A stretch of DNA of 64,000 nt from Haliotis rufescens (Eukaryota): positions 62,310,001 to 62,374,000 of the forward strand of contig NW_025964112.1 of assembly GCF_023055435.1 (NCBI RefSeq), given 5' to 3'. The notes beneath the pieces were generated by a model that saw only the letters and a program-made list of their open reading frames with translations, was not told the DNA's origin and did no database searches. The position numbers were made by a program, and so were the translations under genes. Shown here in pieces: positions 1 through 13,482 of this stretch. Each line of letters begins with the position of its first letter. The first letter of the stretch is position 1.

Positions 1-416
1 GTCCTGTGTCCTCCCTGTCTGCCTGTACCTGGCTATTGTCAATGGTGTACAACCAAACCTTCTGGCAATTTGGACCTGTGTTGCCCCCATTTCGGCCATA
101 CCGATGGCTCTCTCTCTCTGCTCCTGTGACAGTCGTGGCATTTCTTTTGTGTGCTTTCATCACGTGTGGTTATACCCTGCAGACGAACGCATTTATACAG
201 CTAACATGCACGTGTAGTTTATGCCATAGGCGGGAAACCTGTTTCACCATTGTTTTGTCACCGCACGAGCGCCGTCAAAGGTGGCGCGTTCGGGTGAGGT
301 GTTTTTTGGTACCTGTTCCTGGGCAGTCATATTCCCAATACCCACTTTCCACTAGTTATCGCTGTTTTTAGGAAAATTACAAATTGCCAACCTATACTTT
401 CTTTTGCCGCTTAGTT
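1..416 (-). mobile_element. Tc1/mariner transposon, 5' end with start of transposase ORF (runs off window)
   Basis: Minus-strand ATG at 141 opens MPRLSQEQRERAIGMAEMGATQVQIARRFGCTPLTIARYRQTGRTQD to the window edge, a typical Tc1 N-terminal HTH. The probable terminus is at about 416, next to a TA at 417-418. Confidence 0.8.
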
Positions 417-1929
417 TATGTATATAGCAGTCATTAAGCGTTTGTTTTAGTTTGACCTAACACCACAAATGATAGAACATGTTCGAGTCCTTTTTCAATT
501 TCGATGAATCGCTATTTATGATGCCTTAATTTGGGGCCACTTGTATTATTTTCGTACCGAGTTACACTTACGAAAGTTTCAGGTATTTTTACATGACATC
601 AGTTAAATAATGAAAACGATTTGCCATAGAATATATTTTAAAAAAATCCTGATTATTTCTTTAAAATCGTTTGTAAATACTATTGTGAGCCCAGTATTGT
701 CAGTAATGAAACAATACTGTCTATTTGACTTCAGTCACCTGGCAACCCTGAACACATGACGATGACGGAATGGCACCTATAAGTATTATGCTACGTTAAA
801 ACGTACCATGCATAAAGTTGTCCGCCGAAACACATAACATTGGCCGTGAATAGCAGTGACAATTATATGAATGGATCACTGAAATTTATTGATGACACCA
901 GGTGTTCGTGAATAACGCATAGTTCATAGATTTGAAAAGGATGCACGTTTTCATACATTCCTTTAGGAAGTGGAAATGGGTCAGATACGTGGATGTTTGG
1001 AGTTGAGTTTCACCTCGTGTCGCTTAACGGTCGGAAAATAAAAGGAGGATCCTCTGAAAACAGCGCCATCTGTCAAAAATACCTAGTTACTGACATCTAC
1101 CCCAACTCCAGGCGCTAAAACGTCGTCAGCGTAATAGCCAGGTATACCCTTGGCTTTATTTAACACATACGCGGCCTGAAAGATGAGAAGATAATTATAC
1201 ATTTGCTGCAGGCATACCCGATGGCTATCGGGAACGGCCATGACACTTCCGGTCATGCTCAGTTGTCATCACTATGTTTCTAACTTAGTTTTCCACGAAC
1301 TTAGTGACCCGAGAAGAACACACGAAATAACTATTACGAACCGTAGGCATATATTCCTGCCGTGTGGATTTCTGCTGATTGATATGTTTCAGCTTGGAGA
1401 TGGGATACATATTGAAAGAAAAATCAAGCCAATATTTTAAATGATTTTATATAAGACCATTCTCCCTGTCTGGTTACAATCTTTTAAATCTGTCTGTATT
1501 TGATATATTGATAAGAACGCAATTTAATTGATATAAATGTATTGCATTAAGTTAATTCGTTTAATGAATAAACATAGATTTACCTTATGCAAAGATTACC
1601 ATTACACAATATTTGTTGACATTTTTAGTTTTGTGTTTCTGCTACCACAGGAATTTAGATTTTAAAAATGTCCTTAGTTTTATTGTATTTACCTCTACAT
1701 ATAGAAGAAGTTCAGTAAGGTTGAATAAATTTACATTACAAAGAGAAAGTCAGGTTCACTGTATTTACCATTGTTGAGGATATTACATTCATTGTGTTTA
1801 CCTGTGACATATGGACAGAAATAGTTCAAAGTATTAAACTTTTACAGCAGAAATGAAATTAGGTGTATTATGTGTAATTACGCTACATATTGTAAGTGAA
1901 ATTCATATAGTCAAGCCCAAGTCAATATA

Positions 1930-2405
1930 TACTCCCTTATATTGAGAGGAAGTCCTGTTCAATGTATTTTCATTATATAAAAAATGAAATCTTGTTGAAT
2001 GTACCTACCTTATAAAAAGAGGATGTCAGTTTCAATATATTTACCTTATATAAAGAGGAAGTGGGTTTCAATATATTTACCTTATATTAAGAGGAAGTCA
2101 GTTTCAATATATTTACCTTATAAAAAGAGGAAGTCAGTTTCAATATATTTACCTTATACAAAGAGGAAGTCAGTTTCAATATATTTACCTTATATAAAGA
2201 GGAAGTCAGTTTCAGTATATTTACCTTATATAAAGAAGAAGTCATTTTCAATATATTTACCTCATATAAAGAGGAAGTCAGTTTCAGTATATTTACCTTA
2301 TATAAAGAGGAAGTCAGTTTCAATATATTTACCTTATATAAAGAGGAAGTCAGTTTCAATATATTTACCTTATATAAAGAAGAAGTCAGTTTCAATATAT
2401 TTACA
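1930..2405. repeat. 36-bp minisatellite (TCAGTTTCAATATATTTACCTTATATAAAGAGGAAG), ~12 copies; degenerate copies back to ~1560
   Basis: Visible tandem periodicity, with a 12-aa repeat in ORFs 1999..2562 and 2087..2395. Confidence 0.95.
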
Positions 2406-4136
2406 GGTAGATATACGCCTATTGTATTGTCTCTCCTTTCAGTCTATCTACATGTTTTTGTATATTTCCTTATGTGACCTCCAGTCAGCTGTCACCCATC
2501 AGCCCTGTACAAGACACAACCCATCCGACAGGAGGCCAATACTCCGTGTACGGTGTGTATAGATACACATTTCTCACATACCATGGCCGTGTATGTCATG
2601 ATGGCTCACATTGCGAGGAGGCATCAAACAATACTAACGTTTATTGCTGTCTGTCACAGAGGACTTTATTGTTTTTTCTTTGTTTACCCAGGCTAAATGC
2701 CAATACAGACAGCCTACTTACCAACCACCATCTCTGTATTAACGTAACCTTTATTCAGTCTGCAATGGCCAAACATTTGGAAATGGGAATTTTCAGAATG
2801 ACAGAGTGCATTGCTGTAAACATGAGAGAACTTGTAACTGTCATTACCTGTATAGCGAGTTGGACCCGATTTCTCTCTCCTAAGATCATCGTCCTAACCG
2901 GAATGTGCGATTTCTTAGTCTTAGATGTTAGAATTAGATCTTAAGACGAATATAAAAATTTTGACTTAAAAAACGGAACTTGTATCTGTTCTAAAAATAC
3001 TTAAATTTAAATTAATTACAGTCGAAATAATTAACTTAACTGCAAAACGTTAACGTTTAGAGACTTCAGTGTGGCCTTTTGATGAAATATTCGGTCCATT
3101 AATACTGTTATTGTGCTTGTAAAACGAAAAGGGGTGCAAGTAGTGAAATTAAAATGAAAGACAATAAACACGTTTAATGTTTCCCTGAAGGAAATAGGAT
3201 TATGTATCAAGAGAAATAACATCACCATCCACCCATATCACTTAACACGCACCAAGGTCAACGGTAAGTTCAGAATAGGACAAATTGTCATGCCATGCTC
3301 AATCATGTGTGACGTTCTTAAATACTTGAAACGGACGTTGCGGACATAGGTAACCCCTCGTGTCTTGATCAATGATGGGGCAAAGCCGTGGCATCGAGCA
3401 CCGTCTTAGTCTCTACCAGTTGAAAAGCTGGCTCTATTCCCATGTTATTCGCGTTTATCAGGGAACGAGAAATTAATCCAGCGTATTTCAGCTACCTGGG
3501 GCTTGTTCTTCCAAGCCACCTGGCCTGTGTGTCGAGGGTGACAGTTATTGAGAGTGGGATAGTTTAGTTGTGTATATCTGCCACTCAAGACTGCCAGGAA
3601 GGCAATAGACATCGATGGACATTGTATGACACTTTCCGCACAATACACACACGTCAAATGTCATATTACCTCGGCGAAACACTGCCTGGGAGATATTTAA
3701 TGAGATTTTAGTGAGATTCTCAACAAACTATATGTTCCCTCGTTGACGTAAACTGCAATGGCTTGAACTATTCAGACAAGAAATAACTTGGTTTTATAAT
3801 GTTGAAGCTATGAAATGTATTCCTACTTCTAGAATTATTTATTTGACGCTCCGAGGGATTATTTTGGGTCTAAACTCGCCCGGCCGACACATTCAAAATG
3901 TCAACGCCAGAGACTTATCGAGTATCTAACGACACAGAATCTATAGGGCGTAAAAGGCAAAATAGTGATGAAAATATTAATTGATTACTGAAAATCAATG
4001 ATGACATATGTTTGCGTACGTGCATTTGTGCATGGTTTGGGGGTGTTTCAACGAAACCCGTTTAACCGGAGGTCAATGTTCCCAGATAAACGCCCGATCA
4101 ATTCATTTCAGTTGTACCTACTGTCCTCTGTATATA

Positions 4137-5888
4137 TACTACCGACAGAAAATAAGGGAATTGATGAAATGAGAGTGAAGGTGTTATGACGGTAAATGTC
4201 TGTAAAATAAGTTTCGGGCGTGAAGATCAATATCTGGTGTGTCTACCATGTTGGGTGATGCATGCACGATGCCTTCAAGGCATACTGTTCATTAACTAAC
4301 GTGTGGTTGCCCTTCCCCGCCATTCCACCTGAAGAGCTACCCCAAGCTGGGCGACTGATGGTCTGTCGGGGACATGTCAGGGGCCAAAGAGGGTCAGTCC
4401 AATGACCGTATGCCGTCTCCTCGGAGAAAACCGGTGTCGACCTGGGCACGATGTGGTCTGGCATTGTCATCTTCCAGTTCAATATGTCTGCCGATAATTC
4501 TAGCGAATGGAACAGGACGCAATATTTCGTCAACATAACGCTGTCCCGTCAAATGTCCTTTCACAATAACCAAATCAGTTCGCCTAGCATGTGTGATACC
4601 TACCCACACCATGACACTATCGCCGGATCATGGTCAAGAATTGTCGCCCTAGCATACCGCTGGCCGCTTCGTCGCCAACAACGTTTTCTGCCATCTGTGG
4701 CAATCGGAGGCAAAAGCGTGATCCGTTTGAATACATGGCGTAACGCCATTGCCGCACAGCTCGTTGCTGGTGTTACCTTGTCCACCCAGTCTTCGCCGCC
4801 TATGGTAAGCAATTAGGGTCACACCTTCACAGGACGCCTTTAGGGCTGGGACGGGTAACTCGGGTACCCGGGTCGGGTGGTTACTGAGTAGGACCCGGGT
4901 ACCCACAGGACTACCCGGACCCGTGGTTAGTCACGTGATATATTGTTTAATGGCAAAACTTTTCTAGAACTCTATGGTTACACTAAAGTCACTAATGTCC
5001 GCAATTCTTTCTGACTATGCACCCATTCCTTGATATAACTTAATTCAACTTCAGTGTATGAATGACCAGATTGTTAAATATATGTATCTAAATACGTTTT
5101 GCCAGGGCTATGCTAAAAATGTTCCCAATCGACATTTTGAGACATCTCCTGAGATCTACAGTGGGTCCCTGGTAGGGTCGGGTAATAGGGTGTTGGGTAC
5201 CTGGGTAGTAAATTTGGACTCGTCCCAGCCCTAGACGCCTTGCAGATTGGAATCTATTACGTAGTTCAATTAACGTAATGAGATGACCATGGCTAGGTGT
5301 CCATTTTTAGGCTCCACATGTCTGGGTCTCACTGAACCCCACCCGTTTGACGCCACTTGTCACAGTCGATAAACTACCCTCTTTGATTTGCCCAACACTC
5401 GGGCAGCTTGGGATATTGACGTCCCCACTCTATCGTACCCACAATTTGCTATTTTGCCTGTTCACTGAGATACTGTCTCGGATGCATTCTAGCGTGTGCT
5501 CATTTCAGGTGCATTAGTGATTGTGAGTTCCCCTGCAGGCGCACATACTTTGGTTTCTGCTTGCACGTGCATCACGTGCTGCTCATGCATATTGTCAAAA
5601 TTCATTGTGATTAGATGTTGCGTTCAGATGCAACGCCACTGTATTGTAAATGTACACCGAATTTTGTGTCGGTTGTATATGCCAGTGGCCCAATCAGAAT
5701 TGTCCCGAATGCTGGGTTTCCGGATTAACGGGATATCACTCTATGACGGTCGAACGGAAACTGAAATAAACGTGTACATGAAGACGCATGATGGAACAGC
5801 CATATGATTTTCATGGGAAGGAGACGGGATTTTAGTTTGTGATCACCATTTTTATAATGTTTAGGAACTCAATTTTTAGGCCCAGTAT
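4137..5888 (-). mobile_element. Degenerate Tc1-type DNA transposon (frameshifted DDE transposase), interrupted by a MITE
   Basis: Minus-strand fragments: HTH-like LSEQAK..SISQAARVLGKSKRVVYRL (~5250-5490), DGRKRCWRRSGQRYA (~4650-4720), and MVWVGIT..LTGQRYVDEILRP..EDDNARPHRA..LDW..SLAPDMSP (4360-4612). These match the Tc1 catalytic region (QDDNARPH, WPxxSPDLxPIE). Ends are approximate because the TIR match is weak. Confidence 0.85.
4841..5233. mobile_element. hAT-type MITE (393 bp) nested in the Tc1 remnant
   Basis: TIRs TAGGGCTGGGACG...CGTCCCAGCCCTA, a perfect 8-bp TSD GACGCCTT (4833-4840 and 5234-5241), and repeated subterminal CGGGT/ACCCG motifs. Confidence 0.92.
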
Positions 5889-5989
5889 GAACAGGTGCTC
5901 AATTTCAGTCTCCGTACCACACTGTGGAATCGTTTGTAAATATAAGCGACAAGACCCTTTCCATAACCACAAGAAATCTTGCTAAAAGT

Positions 5990-6600
5990 CGATTGTCTGA
6001 TTGTGCCATTCCAACTGTATCTTTAACATGTGTTTATGAATCACTATCAAATAGTGATGAAAACAGGTGGTCGCGAAAAGGTGAGCTAGCCATCCCCACC
6101 GGTAGCACGAGTGTTCGATTGTGCGATTCCAATTGTATCTTGAATATGTGTTTATGAATCACTAACAAATAGTGATGAAACCAGGTGTACGCGAAAATAC
6201 ATGCAAAGGCAAGCCAAGTGTACACCTAAAAACACGATAACATATGGATCAACTCAAAATAGGAAATTGCATCGGATGACGTTTTTGTCACTGATGCGTT
6301 AAATTTGAGAATGTCCTTCCAAACCACTTTTGAGTAAGAGTCGTATGACTCTCATGGAAATCTTCGTAGAAAGAGCATGCTTGATGTACCTTAACAGATG
6401 TGAAATGTAGACACCAGGAGCTGGAGTTGTTAGAATATTGCTCGACATAAAGGGAAAGTTGACTGTTGGAACGTTGAAGTCATCCAAGACTGTATGAGTG
6501 TTTTGTCACTCTGAAACTTTATGGATAGATCTTACTATCAGATCTATCAGATCTAAATAACAGACGAGGCGGTCTCACCGGTCTCCTTTATTTCTAGTTA
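5990..6600 (-). mobile_element. Penelope-like element remnant: RT C-terminal region plus tandemly duplicated 3' module
   Basis: Minus-strand translation LEIKETGETASS..YLDL (~6550-6597) and DDFNVPTVNFPFMSSNILTTPAPGVYISHLLRY (ORF 6299..6487), homologous to the RT remnant at 56.4-57.1 kb. It is followed by two partial copies of the 3' module (~6113-6230 and ~5990-6105). Confidence 0.8.
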
Positions 6601-7225
6601 AGAAATAGGCCTATAACTTCTCACTACACAATGCGAGGCATATGTACTTTTTTTCATTAAAATCCCCCCCATTTTCAAGTGTATGCTTTCTGTTGCCCGG
6701 CAGTTTAGATACAGCCTGAAATCGGACACGATCCCAGGGCGCCCGCTGATGGGCCTGTTGTTGTGGTCAAACTGGTAAAAGCGTTGCAATATTGTCGAGT
6801 AAACAAAAGGTTAGTGCTATTCCCCAGTGTTGTGTGTTGGGTCAGGCATGGATAAGGGATGTCGATTTATTCAATAAACAAGGCACCGGACTCCAGCCCT
6901 ATACTTTCCGTTAGCAAACTATGCCTTAATTCCTCAGGGCTGGTTATCACACATGTCACTCCGATAATGTCCACCCAACGACAACCTACAACTCACGAGT
7001 CTCGTCAAGGCGTCTGTTGGAGTACGTATGTTGACGACACCGTATTCCTGATGCAGTTTTGAAGTTTATTTAACAGATATTATTTTCGAAACAAAAAGAA
7101 ATATATGTGCATAAATGCTGTTTTAATACACGATACTTTTTTTTACTTTGCGTAAGCGTAACTAGATTTCACAGGTTGTCAACGAAAGTACAATTGTTAA
7201 AAAGACAATTCTTGTTCGAAATAAG

Positions 7226-7392
7226 GGTCTGTGGTGCAGTCGGCACCAAGTGGTTAAGGCGTAAGCTCGTCCGTCAAAACTCAGACCTGGTTCGATTTCG
7301 TTAACATGTAAAATGCGCGGAGCCAGTCCTTGCGTCCCTTTTGTTACATGGCTATAGATACAAGCGGCGTAAAACACCATTCATTCACTCGC
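7226..7392 (+). mobile_element. SINE family A, old degenerate copy
   Basis: A-box-like AAGTGGTTAAGGCG, B-box GGTTCGATT, and tail AAGCGGCGTAAAACACCATTCATTCACTC. Confidence 0.65.
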
Positions 7393-10300
7393 TTGAGATA
7401 ACCTACATGAATGAAATGAGCAAATAAAAAAAAGGTAAATTGAATTACGTTTAATGCTACATCCGCTTGACGTATACCGAACAAAACAAGTTAGTGATCA
7501 TGAATATTTGAGGGATATATTGTGTAGTGAAGACAGCACACAAATAAAAAAATATCCCCAAAACTGTTTTGGTTCGGTATATAATTAGGGCACCCATTCG
7601 TTCAGATGTAGGGAGCTCACCGAGTCGATATCCTGTATGAGAACCTATTCATATTCATATTTAATTGTGAAAGAGGTTTTACAGTGACCGACACACCTGC
7701 AGAGACGAACGTCTAAACATAAACCGAGATTATCACCGGAACACCCCCTTCTCTCTGACACCTGATTGCAGACGTCTAGCATATCGTCACTTCCGCTGTC
7801 AAAACAGAAGCACCGCACTTAAAACTGACCTAAACTAACCTCACAAGATGGCGACGATAACCTTTCCGGTTGCTGATGTGACGCTATCTTCGGTGTCAAA
7901 TCCTCCTCTCGTCAATGACTTATGTTGTTGACTGTCGTTGTTGTTGCCGTTGATAGGACACGAGGCGATGACGATATCCGACAGCTGGCCTAATGATAAG
8001 ATAGAGATATGAGGTAACATGCAGATAACTAATATAACAGTGTTGTTGTGCGGTAAAACGATTCATCACTTCCAACTGTTTGACAATGCAAGGCACAGTT
8101 TGGACAAAGTCACTGTCGCTCCATATAACTTATCACGTGACTTTCAATAAAGCCGCATTTGTAGGTACTCGAGGTATTCACTAGTTAACCAGGCTGCGTT
8201 CATGACTTGACACTAACTTATTTCAACCAACCTCTGATCGTTGGTTCGAATCCCATATTAGTCCTGACTAAAACATATATATGTCTATAAAGTTCGCACT
8301 CAGTACAATGCGCCTTGGGGGAAGGGGGTGGGGGGTGGTGGTGTAAAGGACACCGTAAATGGCCTTGTGGAGTTGTGTCCCTTAGTCGTTCCAGGATACC
8401 CTAGCTAACTCCTGGTACCGTCACAATACCGTCTTCACGTTAACATTTTTCGTCGTGGTAATTAACAAAACATAGTGTCTGTCTACCACCACTACCATTG
8501 CAATTCCTATGTTAAATATGGCTGCTCCAAAAGACATTCATTCTCAGAATGCGCTTTAAAAGGTTATGGACAATTGCTATTTTGCTATAAACGCTTCTCA
8601 TACAGTGCATGAAAATGGGTACACGATGCTCGTACGTCTAAACACAAACAATATCCATTTCTACTAAAACCCTTTTCCTGACATGGATATGTCCAAATGG
8701 TCAGTGCCATCAACAACCATAGGACTGAGGTTGTTGATATTTAGATCTCCACTACTAAACATATACATGTACATGACAAAAATAGCATACAGAAATTGCA
8801 TCATGAACGATGGAAAAAAACTGAAAACTTAAATATTTCTCGAGCAAATCATATCTCTATTTCCTGGTTTAAACTTATAGTGTAAACTACATTCAACTAA
8901 AGCCAAAACCTGTAATCATCCGTTCCTTGTTTAGTCTTCAGCGACCGATTGACACCCTACGATCGATGTGACATTCCGCAAACATCCGTCGCGGATTGAC
9001 ACAACATGGCGGACTCTACATGCGTGAGCAGTACAAGTGTCAGCCGTGTTCCTGTGGCACCTGGCGGCTTAAGACGTTCAAACTGAAACGGTCGGCCCAC
9101 GGTATGACAATTACTCTAAACAGATGCCAAAAGAGGGCTTAAATATTGTTTCTCAAGGGTTGCCACATGCCCCGTTACAATTGGATTACCGTTAGCAAAC
9201 GCTGCATTCCAGTGTCAACATTTGCTTGAATAGAACAGGCGACGCTCATTGCTTTCAATTTTCTAAGGGAGATAATCACAAAAGTACATATGTTGTTGTA
9301 TATATGTATCATGTGATGTCCTAATTATAACAACGTCCTCTGTCGATACCATGGCACAGAGAAACAAGAACCCATTACTAACCGTATGGTTACGGTAATG
9401 TTTTGTGCTTACGTTGACATTACCACGTAGAATCAGCCATGCATAGTTTATGATGCTATGACTTGATTTACCAATGCTGTCCATGAACGTAGCTGGCGAC
9501 TAACTTGTAGTTCAGAATTTAGTAATCAACATAAACAATATACCATCAGATAATCTGGATCGTAAAACTTGGTTTCAAAACAGAGGATTCTTAAAAAACA
9601 TTCTGTCACACAATCCTATATTGTCCAGAATTGCATCCATCAACACAGATATCGTTTCCTGAATCGCAAAAAATGTCAATGTGTCAGCTTTCACCCTCCA
9701 TTTGAAAGGACTATATGTTTCAGCAAATCTTTAAGGAAAGGGAGGTAACTGAGAATGGGAGGGAATATGGCCACCATATTGTTTTGAGAAAACACGGCTT
9801 GTCAGATTAGCACCGGCTTGTGCAGAAGCTTCAAATTCCAACCTCTCGTGATGACAGCGACAATCTCGTAAGCAAACGTTGGCACACAACGAGACTACCA
9901 TCCGCCATTTGCTAAAAAAATGGCGTCGATAGGCATGGCAATGAAATTCCATGGAGATTGACGTGTCTCTAAGGAATTAAGAAACAATGTTAAGGCAGCC
10001 GGTTGGAGTTTTAAGAGAGCGAGAAGGTGCCATTCCTAGATGTCATTCAAGCAAATAAAGGTTTAATGTTAACCTATTTCAACCTCTTGTAGAATAATGT
10101 CAAACGCTGGCTATCACTCCTGTAAAACTCTTCAACGCGAATGTATTTTTACAGACACCAGTCTTTCTTTGATTATGGACTCCGTAGACACATAAGACGT
10201 CATCATTAATCACAATTAATTCATAAGCTTATAAATCTAAGCAACAGCAAAAACAAAATATTTTTTTCATTACAACACGTGAAAATGAAATATATTGGCG

Positions 10301-12695
10301 ACATGTACCCTTCCCTATAATTCCTATGCTGAAGTTCCATTTACAGACTGAATTCCTATCCGTTGTTTTAATCATCAAGTATGCACAATTCAATATGTAA
10401 AACCGTTTAGTGGGGGTAAAACAGAACTTCATTGAATACGTCCTTCCCGAGGGTTTATCGTGCAATTGTTTTTATCAATATTTATGAAAATTAGAATGAT
10501 GGTAATTATCATATGTATGAAGATTCAACGTATTTGTAGATATTATTATCGTTAATCGTATTAGTGCTTATTATGAAAAGTATTTCAATCAAACCATACA
10601 AATCAAACAATTTATTTAAAATTGTATTCATGATTTCATCCAGATCACTCAAGCAATCTTTTATTCGTGATGCTGACGAGGTCAAAGGCCCATATTACAC
10701 AGTCTGGAGTGTGTTACAGATTCACCTTCTTTCTTAGTCTCAAAGCATGATAGATATACATAGATAAATATCTTATTGCTTCTGTACAATCACGTGCCTA
10801 TAATTAACACAATATGTTATCATTTGAATTGTTGTAGAAAAAGTTATTTTATATATTTTGCTCTTAAATCATTAACCAGTGGACCTACAAATAAAAATTG
10901 ATATTCATCTTCAATACAACCAATTTCACAATTTCTACAAAGTCTATATTCTTTTAAAATACCTTCATATATGCCTGTTTTAATAAATAAATCAGGGGAG
11001 GTACAATGAAATAGAGAAAGAGATATTCTAAATTACACCATACATATAATTCCTATTTCTCAATGCACATGAACGATTTCTTCATTTCGTCAATGGAGTC
11101 AATGTGAATGAGTCTACGATAGGACCTGTGAATGGAATACCGCAGATTGTTGATCGGTGGTCAAAAATGTCAAATCTCGACAAACACCAGATTCAGCAAC
11201 AGGTGACTCTCGAGAAACAGGGAATCTTTACATAAGGCTTTCACATGCATTCTTCAGAAAGCTAGGGCTCGGTCGATACAACTGTGAGTCTGGAGCTTCA
11301 ACCTTTAGTTTGCAATAGAAGGTCCACCATGCCTTTGGAGACAGAGATAGCTGGTTTCAATATAAACCATGTTTACATGATGTAGACAAATAGTTTTCAG
11401 AATTATTTCATAATCATGTTCAGACGTTTTTATACACATTGTTGTTCATATTTTAGCAACAGTTGCAGTTGTAAACAACAGCTGTGTTCTTTGTTTAAAT
11501 CCCTTAACCCATTGTAAACAAAAGTGCCACGTGTTCTTAACCTATATCTTGTTGGTGTGTTGGTTTTAGAGCTAGGGTTTATTTGAGACCAAACACAATA
11601 ATATCGACAAAAAATGTTTGGAAAGGAAAGTAATCTTTCGATATTGTTTGACATAAATGCGACCCCTGAAACTTTTCTAATGGATTCCTTCGTTTCAGGA
11701 TCAGCATCCGCATAATTAGTGAAGTGTCCAGACTTTAGTGGACAACCATTGACCATGATGAACCCGAGATTGGTGTTGACTAGCACTGCATGGGCTGCGA
11801 CTTGGCACCGTTTTGACGACAGTAAAGAAAGACGTACTGCCAAACATTCTGAAATTAAGCCGTGTGGAATTTCCTACCACATCCGGAATCGCGCGTAAAA
11901 ATGTGACACGCGAACCTTTGTTGACGCTTTCAGCTTCAGATTCCAGTAAGAAATTTAACGCTACTGTCAAAAGATTTTAAAGATTCAAATTTCATAATTT
12001 GACATGGCAAATATTGAACTTTAAGCACCGATTCTTAGTTATCAGAAACATCATACAATGTCAGTGTTTCACATAAATCTAACAATTACGTATTGAACGC
12101 GTTCGGATTGTCTATCACATTGATAACAGCTACTTTATAACTCTTCAAAGAAACGTTTGTCAATGGAATTTGGTCACCGGAAATATTTTTCTGTTGACTC
12201 ACCAAGACAATACCCACTTGTATTGTTTCAATATATGCATTATACTCTTATAAAGGACAGGTTTTTATTGCACAGTGACGTGTTTGCTCTTAAGTTGGTA
12301 TGTTAAAGTTCAACTGCAGTTATGTCGAATGGTTGTAAACTTCATTCTCGGTGGGATCCGGTAATGTCTAAATATTCCAAATTTAAAAAGAAAATAATTC
12401 TAGTGACAGGTTGTTCATGACTGAGGAAACGATCATCGTTTTAAAAGTAATGGATTATATTATGCAAACATTTCTAGCAATATCAGACGCCATAACCCGC
12501 CATGAACAGCCTACGTTTTCCTTTTACCATCGTCATTTAGTCGAGGCTGGAACAATGATTTACCTGTTCATGATTGTATGTGTCTGTTTTCACGTTAACG
12601 GTTGAACACATTGCTACATATGTTGATATCTAGAGCTCTAGCCAAGCTAGATGAATGGCTGTATGCCACATTTTAACTCTTGTCGAAAGATTCGA

Positions 12696-12960
12696 GGACC
12701 GCCTCCTTGGTCCAGTGGATAGAGTGTCAGCCACAGACCGTTGGTGGTTCGATCCCCGGCAGAGTCAAACCAAAAGACGTTAAAAGGTGATACTCGTTGT
12801 TACCCTGCCCGTCGCTCGGCATTAAGGGGCTAAAACAAGTACTGCGGGTCCACCCAGACAAACACGCACGCACGCAAGCACGCACGCACGCAGGCTCTCC
12901 CACACACGTCGCTATATAAGTGCAATAATCTTAAACATGACGTTCAACCCCATTTATTCT
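12696..12960 (+). mobile_element. SINE family C (tRNA head, CATACCAAAAGACGTTAAAA core, internal microsatellite)
   Basis: GGACCGCCTCC..GGTTCGATCCCC head, with core and tail matching the intact copy at 25350-25705 and an internal (CACG)n. Confidence 0.85.
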
Positions 12961-13066
12961 CAATCATGAGGATCCACTGTTTACGATGCATGACCTTGAT
13001 GAGTGGTGGGTCATCATACTTGGCGGGGTCGTTGCTCATACTGTCAACCACAGGTCTGTTTGGCCC

Positions 13067-13482
13067 ACGACTACCTCTGTGGTCTAGTGGTCGAGCATAT
13101 GTCCTTAGAGCGTAGGGTCGGGGTTTCGCGTCATACCAAAAGACGTTACGAAATGGTTCTTGTTGTTACCCTGCCTGGCGCTAAGAGGCTAAAACAAGGG
13201 CTGGTCGGCTCGGAGTCTGTATACTGTGTCTGCATCTCAGTGGATTAGCACAACACAATCTTCATTCGGNNNNNNNNNNNNNNNNNNNNNNNNNNNNNNN
13301 NNNNNNNNNNNNNNNNNNNNNNNNNNNNNNNNNNNNNNNNNNNNNNNNNNNNNNNNNNNNNNNNNNNNNNNNNNNNNNNNNNNNNNNNNNNNNNNNNNNT
13401 AATAATCTTCAACGGGACGAAAACCCCCTTTCACCCCCACCTCACCTCACCTCACCACACCTCACCTCACTTCACCTCACCT
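13067..13482 (+). mobile_element. SINE family C copy spanning an N gap, (CACCT)n tail
   Basis: GTGGTCTAGTGG head and CATACCAAAAGACGTT..CCCTGCCTGGCGCT..CTGGTCGGCTCGGAGTC core. The tail resumes after the gap. Confidence 0.8.

Noticed and set aside
734-750. Orphan transposon-like terminus (CTGGCAACCCTG)
   Set aside because: No partner TIR or TSD was found nearby.
9263-11970. Several 70-137-aa ORFs in unique sequence
   Set aside because: No recognisable domain or consistent exon structure. A faint LINE-like SPKAWW motif near 11320-11345 (-) is too weak to call.
12415-12455. Hammerhead-like CTGAGGA followed by stem AACGAT-C-ATCGTT
   Set aside because: The required GAAA core is absent (TTAAAA) and there is no credible stem III.
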